DNA of 29,185 nt from a virus. Its lineage: Duplodnaviria; Caudoviricetes. Each line of letters opens with the position of its first letter. Position 1 is the stretch's first letter. The position numbers and the translations under genes were made by a program. The notes beneath the pieces are model-generated. The model worked only from the letters and a program-made list of their open reading frames with translations. It ran no database searches and was not told the DNA's origin. Below are positions 9,109 to 18,401 of this stretch, in pieces. The stretch lies in IMG/VR virus record IMGVR_UViG_3300048998_000133, positions 1-29,185 of that record. One strand, 5' to 3'.

Positions 9109-9565
9109 TGTGCACCCACACGTCATTCACGATCAGCGGCAACGTGATGTCGATGATCCGGAAGAGCTTGCCATCCTGATCCAGGTATTTCGACCGCGCC
9201 GACAGACTGTTGCCTGTCTCGCCGAGCAGGTCGATGTTGCGCACCGAGGAGTCCAGCTCGTAGTCCTCGGAGAAGCCGTCGAACAGCGTGTCGCAGGCGT
9301 CGATGAGGTTCGGGTCGATCATGTCCTGCGGGTCCGAGAGCATCGAGGTGTAGAGCCGGATGGTGAAGACGTAAGTCCCGGTCGTTGCGTTGATGCCCGA
9401 GCCGCCCGGGTAGGGGTCCAGGGAGGTGAACCAGACGGCGGCCGTCAATCCGTTGCCCGGCGCGCTCTTGGGCTCGTACTGGTTGACCCGCTCGAACAGC
9501 CCGGTTGCCAGCAGCACCGAGGCGACGTTCTCGGTGAGCTCCTTGGCGGTGATTGCGAGACCCAT
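9101..9565 (-). CDS. Putative tail terminator
   Basis: 154 aa acidic protein starting MGLAITAK at an ATGA overlap; position between adaptor and tube genes. Confidence 0.6.
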   Translation of the reverse strand: MGLAITAKELTENVASVLLATGLFERVNQYEPKSAPGNGLTAAVWFTSLDPYPGGSGINATTGTYVFTIRLYTSMLSDPQDMIDPNLIDACDTLFDGFSEDYELDSSVRNIDLLGETGNSLSARSKYLDQDGKLFRIIDITLPLIVNDVWVHNA

Positions 9566-10635
9566 CAGACCGACCTCGCCGTCGTGCGGGTGCGCAGCCT
9601 GGCGTACCGCTTCTTGGCTCGGTCGCGCACGTCCTCCAGGCCCACACCGAGCACCTGCCGGACCACGTCGGTGCCGATGGTGCGGGCGTAGCCGGCCATC
9701 TCCTGGAGCAGGCCCGTCACGGTCTCGGCGATGCACAGGTCACGGATCAGCGAGGGCACCCGGTGCCTGACCATCGCGGTGGTGGCCGTGTGCGAGGCCG
9801 CGGTGGTCCCCAGAACGCCCCGGGTGACCGTGCACAGGCGCTCGGCGTACAGGGCGGCACCGGAGTTGTGAGCGGCCAGCACAGAGCCGCTCTGGGCTCG
9901 CTTCACGGTAAGGTTGTTGCCGCCGATGTCGGTGATCAGCAGCCGCTCGGAGTCGACCAGCAGCGTCTCGCCGAGGTCGAACTTGGTGCCGTCGAGCACC
10001 GGCAGCGTCACGCTGTTGGTGTTGGCGGTCAGCGCACCCTGGGCGGTGTAGGTGGTGTCGACCATCCGCTTGTCGGTGACGATCAGGCGCTCGGAGTCGA
10101 TGCGCAGGATCGTGCCGACGCCCACGAGGTTGCCGTCGGAGACCGTCAGCGTGGTGACCGAGGAGTTGATGGTGCCTGCCAGGGTGCCGGCCGGATCCTC
10201 GTTGGCGCAGTAGCCGAAGACGCCCGTGACCGAGATCGAGCGCTGGTGGGTGGCGCCGGAATTGAAGGACGAGCCCGTGCCGAGGTTGATCTCCAGCTTG
10301 GTGAACGGCGGCCCATAGTCGGGACGTGCCAGGACGTACGCGGTGATGTCCACGCCGGCCGCAAGCACCTGAGTCGGAGCTGCCGCCATCTCGCGCTGGT
10401 CGAGCCACAGCCGCCACGGCAGGCTGAACTGGTGGTCGGGCCAGTCGAACGTCTGAGTGTCGGTGCTCGGGAAGAAGTAGCGCAGCAGGTCGCCTTCGAT
10501 GGACCGCGACGACGCCTCGATCTTGCGGTCGATGCGTGAGTTCGAGATCTGTGACGTGCTCTGGAAGTCCAGGGCGCGCTTGATGTCCTCACGTGTGCAG
10601 TACCACACGCCCTCACCGTTCGCGGTGGCGCTCAT
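9565..10635 (-). CDS. Head-tail connector/adaptor with inserted duplicated beta domains
   Basis: 356 aa; 'YCTREDIK...IEASSRSIE' N-terminus, 'GVFGY' and 'VPSLIRDLCI' typical of gp6/gp15-type adaptors. Confidence 0.75.
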   Translation of the reverse strand: MSATANGEGVWYCTREDIKRALDFQSTSQISNSRIDRKIEASSRSIEGDLLRYFFPSTDTQTFDWPDHQFSLPWRLWLDQREMAAAPTQVLAAGVDITAYVLARPDYGPPFTKLEINLGTGSSFNSGATHQRSISVTGVFGYCANEDPAGTLAGTINSSVTTLTVSDGNLVGVGTILRIDSERLIVTDKRMVDTTYTAQGALTANTNSVTLPVLDGTKFDLGETLLVDSERLLITDIGGNNLTVKRAQSGSVLAAHNSGAALYAERLCTVTRGVLGTTAASHTATTAMVRHRVPSLIRDLCIAETVTGLLQEMAGYARTIGTDVVRQVLGVGLEDVRDRAKKRYARLRTRTTARSV

Positions 10636-10709
10636 GCTGCGTCTCCTCGCCTTGCATTCTGGCCTAGGGATTTCTCCCGGATGACGATGTATTCAGTTGT
10701 CCAGCTGGC

Positions 10710-10913
10710 TCAGGGCTGTGCGCCCTCGACGGTTCCGTCCCATTGCCAGCCGTCGAACTTGCAGAACCACTCGCCGTTGGGACCGCCGGTCAACGGCTCA
10801 CCGTCGTTGGGGCAGGCGGAGGGGATCGTCTCCCTCCAAATGCGACGTTCTTCGCGGCTCGTCTGGATGATGTCGAGCAGGCCGTACCACCCGCCCTGAA
10901 CTGGATTGGTCAT
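10710..10913 (-). CDS. Small Cys-containing protein (67 aa, CPNDG...FCKFDG)
   Basis: ATGA overlap with the upstream gene; C-terminal part of the 10710..11399 ORF. Confidence 0.65.
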   Translation of the reverse strand: MTNPVQGGWYGLLDIIQTSREERRIWRETIPSACPNDGEPLTGGPNGEWFCKFDGWQWDGTVEGAQP

Positions 10914-11641
10914 CAGCTCACCGCCGTCCAGAAGATGCCTGCGCCGGACTGGCTGTTGCTCGCTGGCGTGATGCTCGCCGGCATGGCCGTCAGCGAGGTC
11001 CCGTTGACACATGCTCGCAAGCTCGCGGCGGCCAGATTGGCGTTCGCGATGGACAGGAACGCCGGAGTCGAGCGCACCAACTGCTGCGGTGTCGTGGCGT
11101 TCTGAAGGATGCCGACCCAGTAGAAGCCCACGGCCAGCGCGGTCGAGGTGATGGTGGCGTTCTGTGGCCCGTTGGAACCGGCCACCTGGGTGTCGATGCC
11201 CACCGACTGCAACAAGGTGCCGCTGGAGTTGAACAGGCCGGCGAAGTTCTGGCCAGAGACCGGGGTGTTCGCTGCCGCTCCCATACCCCACCACAGCTTG
11301 GTGACTGTGACCGGCTTGTGCACCGGGATCGCGGTCAGGTAGAGCGTCCCTGACACCGGCGTGAACGACCCGGTGGCGTTGGCGCAGTCGAACGACCACG
11401 CCTTGAAGCCGTTGTCGCTGGGGTTCGGGTTGTTGCTATCGCCGGTGACGGGGTTGGTGCCCACCAGCATCGAGCCGAAGACCGTGAGCGCGCCGTCGGT
11501 AGCCAAGGAGTTGGCGGACAGCCGGTAGAGGTCGGTGTCAGCGGCGGCACCGAACTTGATCGCTCCGGACGCGCCCACCACGAGCGTGCTGTCCGTCTGG
11601 AGCATTCCGTTGCGGTAGCTGAGGTCTACGTCTTGAAGCAT
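10913..11641 (-). CDS. Virion structural protein, possible head fibre
   Basis: 242 aa; 'DTDLYRLSANSLATDG' fibre-type repeat followed by a beta-sandwich-like region. Confidence 0.6.
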   Translation of the reverse strand: MLQDVDLSYRNGMLQTDSTLVVGASGAIKFGAAADTDLYRLSANSLATDGALTVFGSMLVGTNPVTGDSNNPNPSDNGFKAWSFDCANATGSFTPVSGTLYLTAIPVHKPVTVTKLWWGMGAAANTPVSGQNFAGLFNSSGTLLQSVGIDTQVAGSNGPQNATITSTALAVGFYWVGILQNATTPQQLVRSTPAFLSIANANLAAASLRACVNGTSLTAMPASITPASNSQSGAGIFWTAVS

Positions 11642-11651
11642 GTGCCACCCC

Positions 11652-13220
11652 CTACGAGTACAGACGCATGACGTCGGACACCGGCAGCACAGGAATGCCC
11701 CGGCTGTTGATCCCGTCCATCAAGGTGTTGAAGTCGGTCTGGCTGATCTGCGTCGAGTCGGTGACCGTCCCCGTCGTGATCTGGTGCAGGCAGAGGTTCA
11801 GCCAGGAGCCGTTGAGCTGGCATCGGTCGAGCAGACCACCAGCGGCGGTGATCGAGCTGACCGAGGTGCCGGCCGAAGAGATGCCGGTCTTGGCCCGCAG
11901 GCGCTGGAGCATCGGCGGAGAGAAGACCTCGATATTCTCCGAGATAATGCTGCGTGAGGTGGCCCAGTACTGGCTGGCGATCTGGTCGATGGGTACACCG
12001 TCCGTTGTGGACGAGAAGTGACCCTTTGGGTATGCGAAGTTCTCGCTGTTGAATCCGTTTGTGTAGAGCCAGCTTCTGAGGTTGCGCATCTCGGCGTTGA
12101 CCTGGGCGGCCGTGAGGGTGTTGTAGCCGGCGTTGTGCGCTGCTGAGGTGAACGCATGTGCGGCCATCTCCCAACCGCTGAAGTTGGCCAGCGACCTGAG
12201 CTCAGGCATCGACAGGTACGGGTTCGTGCCGATGACGTCCGCGATGTGGTAGATCGTGCCCCGGTACCCGTAGGTGTCCATCTTCGGACGGGCGAGGTCG
12301 TAGACCGACTGGTACGAGTCATCGAAAGTGATCGAGATGACGCCAGTCGGGAACGTCGTGGTGGTGTCCGGGATGATCTCGACCGACTGAAGGTGTGCGG
12401 TCACCGCGCCGGCAGCGTCGTCGAAGACGGCCAACTGGAAGTCGGTGAAGCCCGTCCTGGTGCTCGGCACGTGCGTCGCGCTGATCGAGTACGAGCCGGA
12501 GGCCGCGTTCACGTCAGCCCATTGCAGATCCACGATGACCCACTCGCCGGACTGGACGTAGTTGTCCGCGCTGGCGCTGTGCGTGTGCACGACCCACAGA
12601 AAGTAGTTCGAGAACGCCGAACTACCAAGGTAGAAGTACATCTTGTTCAAGTGGGTGACGTCGTCGACCTTGAACGTCAGCCGGATCATCTTGCCGGTCA
12701 GGTCGAGTGCGGAGGTCACCGCAGTCTTGCGGATGTTCGCCTGGGCACCGGTCGCGTTGGTGGTGATGGTCGCGGCCTGGGTGCCACGGATGAAGTTGCC
12801 GGTGGTGGTGTCGTTCAGGTTCGAGCTGGCGACGCCACCGGTCGCCGAGAATCCGTGACCGGTCTGGAAGAGCTGGGCGTAGGACGCTGGCCTCCAGGCC
12901 GGCTTGCGGGACGTCGAGCCCAGGATCGGCAGGGTGAAGCCGGCGGACGTGAAGCTGCCGTCCTGGGCGACCGCGAACTGCTCGACGCCCGAGGAGTTCT
13001 TCAGCGACAGGAGCTGGCCGGTGCCCTGGATGGAGGCGGCCGGCGCACTCGGGTTGTCCGATCGCAGCAGGAGGGCCTGGCCCTTGCCGGCCGTCGCGCC
13101 GTTGCGCACCACAAGGGCATGGGCATCGGTCGATCCCGTGGTGCCCATGTGGTCGACGTAAGCGGCGTCCATCGATGGGTCGAGGGACGTCAGGTGAAGC
13201 CGGTCGGTCTCCGTACTCAT
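11652..13220 (-). CDS. Polysaccharide deacetylase (CE4/NodB) domain protein, probably virion-associated
   Basis: 522 aa; ITFDD, E.AAH......H, FAYPKG and LCLH motifs in the C-terminal ~230 aa. Confidence 0.85.
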   Translation of the reverse strand: MSTETDRLHLTSLDPSMDAAYVDHMGTTGSTDAHALVVRNGATAGKGQALLLRSDNPSAPAASIQGTGQLLSLKNSSGVEQFAVAQDGSFTSAGFTLPILGSTSRKPAWRPASYAQLFQTGHGFSATGGVASSNLNDTTTGNFIRGTQAATITTNATGAQANIRKTAVTSALDLTGKMIRLTFKVDDVTHLNKMYFYLGSSAFSNYFLWVVHTHSASADNYVQSGEWVIVDLQWADVNAASGSYSISATHVPSTRTGFTDFQLAVFDDAAGAVTAHLQSVEIIPDTTTTFPTGVISITFDDSYQSVYDLARPKMDTYGYRGTIYHIADVIGTNPYLSMPELRSLANFSGWEMAAHAFTSAAHNAGYNTLTAAQVNAEMRNLRSWLYTNGFNSENFAYPKGHFSSTTDGVPIDQIASQYWATSRSIISENIEVFSPPMLQRLRAKTGISSAGTSVSSITAAGGLLDRCQLNGSWLNLCLHQITTGTVTDSTQISQTDFNTLMDGINSRGIPVLPVSDVMRLYS

Positions 13221-13269
13221 GGCCGGCTCCCACCTTCCGTATGCCGGTTGTGCAACAGATCAGCGCGGC

Positions 13270-13623
13270 TCAGGACTGAGCCGGCTTCTCCTCGGTCTTG
13301 GTCTCCGTTGCCGGCTTCTCCTCGACCTTCGGAGTCACAGCGCTGTCCTCAGCGGGCTTGGGCTGCTCAGCGGGAGCAGGAGCCTCCACAGGAGCTGCCG
13401 GAGCCTCCTGAGGCGTCTCGGGGACATCGGTGGCCTCCTTCTCGGGCTCCACCTCGGGCGGCGTCTGCTCGACCTCGGGCTCCGGGGCGTTCTTGTCACT
13501 CGGGCCGCCGGCCACGGTGATCTTGGCCATGTCGCCTTCCTTCACGTTCTCCAGTCCGCATTGCGGACACCGAGGCGCATCCCCGTAGTACTGCGCGGTG
13601 CACCTGGAACAAGTCACCAACAT
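13270..13623 (-). CDS. Hypothetical protein, N-terminal zinc ribbon plus Pro/Glu-rich tail
   Basis: CSRC...CPQC; GGAGG RBS; low-complexity acidic C-terminus. Confidence 0.7.
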   Translation of the reverse strand: MLVTCSRCTAQYYGDAPRCPQCGLENVKEGDMAKITVAGGPSDKNAPEPEVEQTPPEVEPEKEATDVPETPQEAPAAPVEAPAPAEQPKPAEDSAVTPKVEEKPATETKTEEKPAQS

Positions 13624-13637
13624 CTCTTGTCCTCCAA

Positions 13638-13677
13638 GGGAAGAGCGGGGGCGGCTGCCTCTACCCCCGCTTCTCCC
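13638..13677 (-). terminator. Intergenic hairpin, possible partial terminator after the capsid accessory genes
   Basis: GCGGGGG/CCCCCGC stem with flanking pairing; weak U tail. Confidence 0.5.
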
Positions 13678-13681
13678 AGGG

Positions 13682-14143
13682 TTATGCGGCGGTGACCGTC
13701 GCGCCGTTGTCGAAGGGCACGTAGGTCAGCGACCAGCTCACCTGGCCGGTGTTGGAGGCAGCGGTGTTGAGGCCGATGGTGCCGATGGCCACGACGATCC
13801 GGTTGCGCACCGTGGAGATACCGCCACCGGTCGACAGGACCAGCGCGTCGCCGGCAAGGCCGGTGGCCGACAGCAAGGAGCCGACGGCCGCGCCGTTGAT
13901 GTCCACGGTGCCGGACAGGTCGTTGACTGAGCCGGTGGTGGGCGTGGCGCGCAGCTTCACCGCGTTGGCCTGCGCCTGGATCACCGTGGTGACGGTGCCG
14001 ATGATGCTGGTGACGATGACCCGTCCACCGGCGACGGTGAACAGGGCACCGGTCGCGGTCTGGGGCAGGTTCGCCGCAGCGCGGTCCACCTTGATGCCCA
14101 GGTCGATCGTGCGGAGCTGGTCGCCGCTGATGAGCACGGACAT
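13682..14143 (-). CDS. Capsid accessory/decoration protein (putative)
   Basis: 153 aa Ala/Thr/Val-rich, AGGAG RBS, follows the capsid gene. Confidence 0.6.
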   Translation of the reverse strand: MSVLISGDQLRTIDLGIKVDRAAANLPQTATGALFTVAGGRVIVTSIIGTVTTVIQAQANAVKLRATPTTGSVNDLSGTVDINGAAVGSLLSATGLAGDALVLSTGGGISTVRNRIVVAIGTIGLNTAASNTGQVSWSLTYVPFDNGATVTAA

Positions 14144-14165
14144 GAGTAGTTCTCCTATTCCGTGA

Positions 14166-14576
14166 TCAGGCCGACAGCTTGGGGAGGTTGGCAGGCTTGC
14201 GCTGGCCGGACAGGTCGTGGGTGACGGCCATGACCAGACCGGACCCGCCGACGCTGCACTTCACGTAGGTCTTGCCGTCCGGCAGCGAGTTCGCGCTGAG
14301 GTAGAACACCACCGTGCCGCTGGTGGAGACCACCGCGTTGGAAGCCGACTGGGTCGCCGCCACCCACGCCCCGGTGCCGTCGGTGGCGGTGTTGGTGTAC
14401 TTGTTGGTGATGATGTTGCCCGGCGTCGCGTACGAGCCGCCGAAGGTGGACGCGCAGGTCAGCGTGAAGGTGTCATTGCCGGTGCACACGAAGGTGATGC
14501 CGGTCGCGTCCTTCATGCTGATGGCGACGCCAGCGGCGATCGGGGCGACGTTGATGAGTCGACCGAGGGCTTCCAT
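14166..14576 (-). CDS. Capsid accessory/decoration protein (putative)
   Basis: 136 aa immediately after the major capsid gene, beta-rich. Confidence 0.6.
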   Translation of the reverse strand: MEALGRLINVAPIAAGVAISMKDATGITFVCTGNDTFTLTCASTFGGSYATPGNIITNKYTNTATDGTGAWVAATQSASNAVVSTSGTVVFYLSANSLPDGKTYVKCSVGGSGLVMAVTHDLSGQRKPANLPKLSA

Positions 14577-14668
14577 TGTTGATCACTTCCTTGTCTGAGG
14601 GTGGGGCGTGACTGCCACCCCGGCGGGAGCCGGCGTCTGGGGGTTGAATGCCAGACGCCGGCCGGACA

Positions 14669-16024
14669 TCACCGAGCTGCGATCTGCACAACCGGGGAAA
14701 GCGTGTTGCCGCCGTTGTGCGGCGTGATCGCGGTGCGCAGCCAGTTGCGGCCGTCCACGCGCTCGATGATGCGGAATGCGGTCTTGTCGTTCTGGAACTT
14801 GTAATGCGGGCTGGAGTCCGCCGTCATCGCCTGCCGGTCGCCGATCAGGTAGTACGACAGGTCGACGAAGTTGATGTCGCCCGCGTTGCCCAGCGAGTTC
14901 GGCTTCTCAGAGAAAATGACCGGCCGACCGAGGATGGTCATCGGCGGACCCACCTGGCCGTTGTTCAGCCAGACCGCCGAACCACCGGTGCCGACCGACA
15001 GCGCCATCGTGGCCAGCTCGGGGAAGGTGTCAATGCTGGCGATCCACACCGCGTTGTCCAGCGAGGTGGGGAGCATCCTCGCGTAGCACTTGACGATGTT
15101 CTCCCACACAATGGTGGCCGCCGACTGACCGGATTCCTTGGCCACCTGAATGGTGCACGGCGCGTTCAGGAAGCCCTCGGGCTCGCCGACGCCGGTGCCA
15201 GAGGTGAAGCCGAGGTCCTCGAAGTACGCCAGGCCCTGCGGGAACTTCTGCGAGAGGAAACCGTTGAACGCCGGGGCGTCCATCATCAGCTCATTGGGCA
15301 CCTCGCAGTACCCGGTGAGCTTCTTGGCCTCCAGCACGACGCGGCCGAAGGAAGCCTGCGTCTCGGTGAGAGATGCGCCTTCCTCGGCCCAGTAGAACTG
15401 GATGCCGCCGAAGATCGAGTTGGCGTGACTGGTGTCGTCCACCGCAGGAATGGGGACACGCAGGGAATCCATCGGGATCGTGGTCGCCCGCGAACGAACG
15501 ATGGACTTCTCCAGCGCCACCGACAGCAGCTGGGCGCGCAGGTTCTCCGGGATCAGGAACCCACCGGCGTCCGGGATGGACGAACCGAAGGAGTTCAGGA
15601 TCTCGGCGGCCTTGGTGCGCTTGGGCTCCAGGGTCTTCCAGTTGCGCAGCGAGTTCGCCTTGAACCAGGTGGCCTGGAAGAACTCGGCCGCGTCCTGGAA
15701 GGTGTTGTCCAGAGCGACACCCGCAGCGCGCTTGTTGTAGACCTGGCTCTTCTTCAGGGTCAGGTTCTGGTGGTCCAGCGGGTTGAGGTCGAGCCGGGCG
15801 TTGGAGACGTCCTGCCCGTTCTCACGCAGCATCTGGTGCAGGACCTGCTGCGTCTGCTCACGGATCTGCACGCCGAGACTCGCGTCGTTGTCCATCGACG
15901 CGGCGGTGTAGTTCTTGATGAACTGCCCCAGGCCACCGTTCTCGAAGACCTTCTTGAGCTGCTTGTCGTCGCCCAGCATCTCCTCCAGTTCGGAGGCGGT
16001 GGTGGGGATCGTCGGTGCGGTCAC
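14669..16024 (-). CDS. Major capsid protein, HK97 fold
   Basis: 451 aa; 'GGFLIPE', 'WAEEG', 'LEAKKL', 'GTGVGEPEG', 'ILGRPV', 'FRIIERVDG' motifs. Confidence 0.95.
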   Translation of the reverse strand: MTAPTIPTTASELEEMLGDDKQLKKVFENGGLGQFIKNYTAASMDNDASLGVQIREQTQQVLHQMLRENGQDVSNARLDLNPLDHQNLTLKKSQVYNKRAAGVALDNTFQDAAEFFQATWFKANSLRNWKTLEPKRTKAAEILNSFGSSIPDAGGFLIPENLRAQLLSVALEKSIVRSRATTIPMDSLRVPIPAVDDTSHANSIFGGIQFYWAEEGASLTETQASFGRVVLEAKKLTGYCEVPNELMMDAPAFNGFLSQKFPQGLAYFEDLGFTSGTGVGEPEGFLNAPCTIQVAKESGQSAATIVWENIVKCYARMLPTSLDNAVWIASIDTFPELATMALSVGTGGSAVWLNNGQVGPPMTILGRPVIFSEKPNSLGNAGDINFVDLSYYLIGDRQAMTADSSPHYKFQNDKTAFRIIERVDGRNWLRTAITPHNGGNTLSPVVQIAAR

Positions 16025-17112
16025 TTGGCCGCCTCCTTCTGGATCGTGCTTGCCGCGTTGCGCAGGGCCTTGCGGAGTGCATCGGGGTCGAACTCGAACG
16101 TCTCCCGCTGGATCTCGCCGGTCTTCGTGTCGACCAGCGGCACGCGGGCAGCGAGAGACTTGGTGGAGGAGTTGGTGGTGTCCTCACCGGACTTGCTGGG
16201 AGGCTCAGCGATGTGGTCGGCCAGACCGGCAGCGACCGCTTCGTCCTCGTCGTACCAGGTCTCGGCCTTCATGGCGTCTTCCCATGTGGACAAATCGCCG
16301 CCGGCCTTGGCCTGGTAGAGCTTGGCGAGGCTGGCGTCCATCTTCGCCAGCAGCGCCATGACCTCACCGAGGTCGTCGATGTTGCCGTACACCGAGGTCA
16401 TCGCCCGGTGGATCATCAGCTTCGAGCCGGGTGCCATGGTCAGCGAGTCGCAGCCCATCGCGATGATCGAGGCGGCGCTGGCAGCAAGTCCCACCACGGT
16501 GCCATTGACCGTGCTGCTGTGGTTGCGCAGCATGTTGGCGATCGTGATGCCCTCGAAGGCATCGCCCCCACCGGAGTTGATGTGCACCTGGAGCGGGCCA
16601 GAGACCTCGGCGAGGTCTGCGGCGAAGTCCTCGGCGTTCACGCCGAACCAGCCGCCGATGGAGCCGAAGACGTGCAGCACGGACTCACCGCTGCTGTCGT
16701 TGGTGAACCGGTACCACTTGCGCTCGGGCTGCGGTCCGGCCAACGCGTGGATGCGACGCAGCGTGTTGTGCACGCCTGCGGGCACCAGCAGACGGCTGGA
16801 GTTGCCGGCCTTCTTGTTGGCGTCGTCGAGGTGCGCCTGGGCGTGCTTGCGGACGCCCTCCTTGTCGCCCTCGGGGATGCCGCTGTTGCCGACCCGCGCC
16901 AGGATGTTGCGGCACGCGCGGACGTTCGCCGGCCCACCCTTGGACGTGGCGTGCGGGAACGAGTAGTCGTCCTTGACGTCCCCGGGGTTGTCCGTCTCCC
17001 AGGCGTGGCAGTAGTGCAACGCCGCCTCGTCGTTGGGCATGGCGGAGACGGCGGCAGTCGCGTCCCAGACCGTGTCCACCGTCGCGGTGTGGTGCACAGG
17101 AATCGCGGGCAT
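16021..17112 (-). CDS. ClpP-like head maturation protease with extra N-terminal domain
   Basis: 'INSGGGD', 'GLAASAAS', 'LMIH', 'ETW...EAV..GLAD' ClpP motifs from about residue 130. Confidence 0.92.
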   Translation of the reverse strand: MPAIPVHHTATVDTVWDATAAVSAMPNDEAALHYCHAWETDNPGDVKDDYSFPHATSKGGPANVRACRNILARVGNSGIPEGDKEGVRKHAQAHLDDANKKAGNSSRLLVPAGVHNTLRRIHALAGPQPERKWYRFTNDSSGESVLHVFGSIGGWFGVNAEDFAADLAEVSGPLQVHINSGGGDAFEGITIANMLRNHSSTVNGTVVGLAASAASIIAMGCDSLTMAPGSKLMIHRAMTSVYGNIDDLGEVMALLAKMDASLAKLYQAKAGGDLSTWEDAMKAETWYDEDEAVAAGLADHIAEPPSKSGEDTTNSSTKSLAARVPLVDTKTGEIQRETFEFDPDALRKALRNAASTIQKEAAK

Positions 17113-18401
17113 CAGGCGTCTCCCTGCGAGGTGTTGTTGGCGTTGGTGTCAGCGGCTTCCTGGGCGGGCGAGGGCAGCGCCAGGCGGGCCGGAGGGCCGA
17201 GGTAACGCATGCGCGGCATGCCCACGGCGTCGGTGACGTCCTCGGGGTGATAGCCGGCCTCGATCAGTTCCAGCGCGGCCTTGCCCTGCTCCCGCAGAGT
17301 CGCCGAGTCGGCCTGCCAGTCAGCCGGCACCGGGTCCTCGAAGTCGAACTCGACGCCCGCGCCAGTCGCGCCGAACTTGGGCAGCAGCTGGTTGTTGGCG
17401 GCGCTGCGGATGCGCTTGAGCCTGTTGCGCAGCCGGTACTTCGAGTAGATGTACTCGGAGCCCTCGATGTTGGCGCGGTTGACGTCGTCGACCACGCCCA
17501 GCATTCCCTTGCTGACGCCAAAGCCCTCATACGTGACGTCCCTGCTGTCCTTGCGCAGCTCGGCGAACTGCATGTCCGCCATCGAGTAGCCACCCGGCTG
17601 CCAGGTCGCGCCCATCTCCAGGAAGGCCACACGGTGCGCCTTGTTTACCCCTCGGTGTTGCTCGTCCCAGCGCTCGGTCAGCTCGTCGAACTGGTCGTCG
17701 GACAGGCGCTCGGGGAACTGCACGAAGCCGCCCGGCTGGGCGGAGTTCTCGAAGAACTTGCGGTTCCACTCCGAGATGTAGTGGGCCGACTCGATGTCGG
17801 ACATCAACGGCTCGACCGCGCTCAGGCCGTCGTAGGGGTCGAGCAGGTGCGGCTTGCGGATCCAGATCACCTCGTCGGTGGTGAAGGGGATCTGCTGGCC
17901 GTTCGGGGCCAGGTAGACCCATCCCGCGAGGAACTTCTTGCGGTCGGGCACAGGAACCATGCGGCTGGGCATGACCGGCCACATGCTCAGCGGACCGACC
18001 GGTGACGGGTCGAGGATCCAATGCGCCTTGCCGGTCACGTCGATGTACTGCTGCGTGAGCTCGACGAAGAAGTCCCGGTCCATGAAGTCGTTCGGCCGGT
18101 TCCACAGGTCCAACGCTGCGTGCGAGTCGACCTCACGGCGCGGGTCGGGACCAGAGATGCGGCCACGGCCGTTGGAGTGCCGGAACAGGTGCCAGTCGAC
18201 CTCGGCCACCGACGAGGACAGCAGCTCGATGGTGGCGAACAGCGTGCCGTTGCGGGTCAGCAACCGCATCTGCGCGTCGGGGTCGTTGTTGTTCTGGAGC
18301 GCGGTGAGCAGACCGCTGGCGATCCGGTCGCCGAGCGGGACAGGCGACGGACGTGTGGTGCCAGCGCGGAAGGACCGGGCGACGTTAGCGAGAACGCTCA
18401 T
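17112..18401 (-). CDS. Portal protein, HK97 family
   Basis: 429 aa; 'RPN', 'GLSAVE', 'FFENSAQPGG', 'DMQFAE.R', 'FGV...LG' motifs. Confidence 0.93.
   Translation of the reverse strand: MSVLANVARSFRAGTTRPSPVPLGDRIASGLLTALQNNNDPDAQMRLLTRNGTLFATIELLSSSVAEVDWHLFRHSNGRGRISGPDPRREVDSHAALDLWNRPNDFMDRDFFVELTQQYIDVTGKAHWILDPSPVGPLSMWPVMPSRMVPVPDRKKFLAGWVYLAPNGQQIPFTTDEVIWIRKPHLLDPYDGLSAVEPLMSDIESAHYISEWNRKFFENSAQPGGFVQFPERLSDDQFDELTERWDEQHRGVNKAHRVAFLEMGATWQPGGYSMADMQFAELRKDSRDVTYEGFGVSKGMLGVVDDVNRANIEGSEYIYSKYRLRNRLKRIRSAANNQLLPKFGATGAGVEFDFEDPVPADWQADSATLREQGKAALELIEAGYHPEDVTDAVGMPRMRYLGPPARLALPSPAQEAADTNANNTSQGDA

Noticed and set aside
10698-10709. 12-mer GCCAGCTGGACA shared with 28896-28907 (opposite strand)
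   Set aside because: A GC-rich 12-mer with a palindromic core is expected by chance at this genome size
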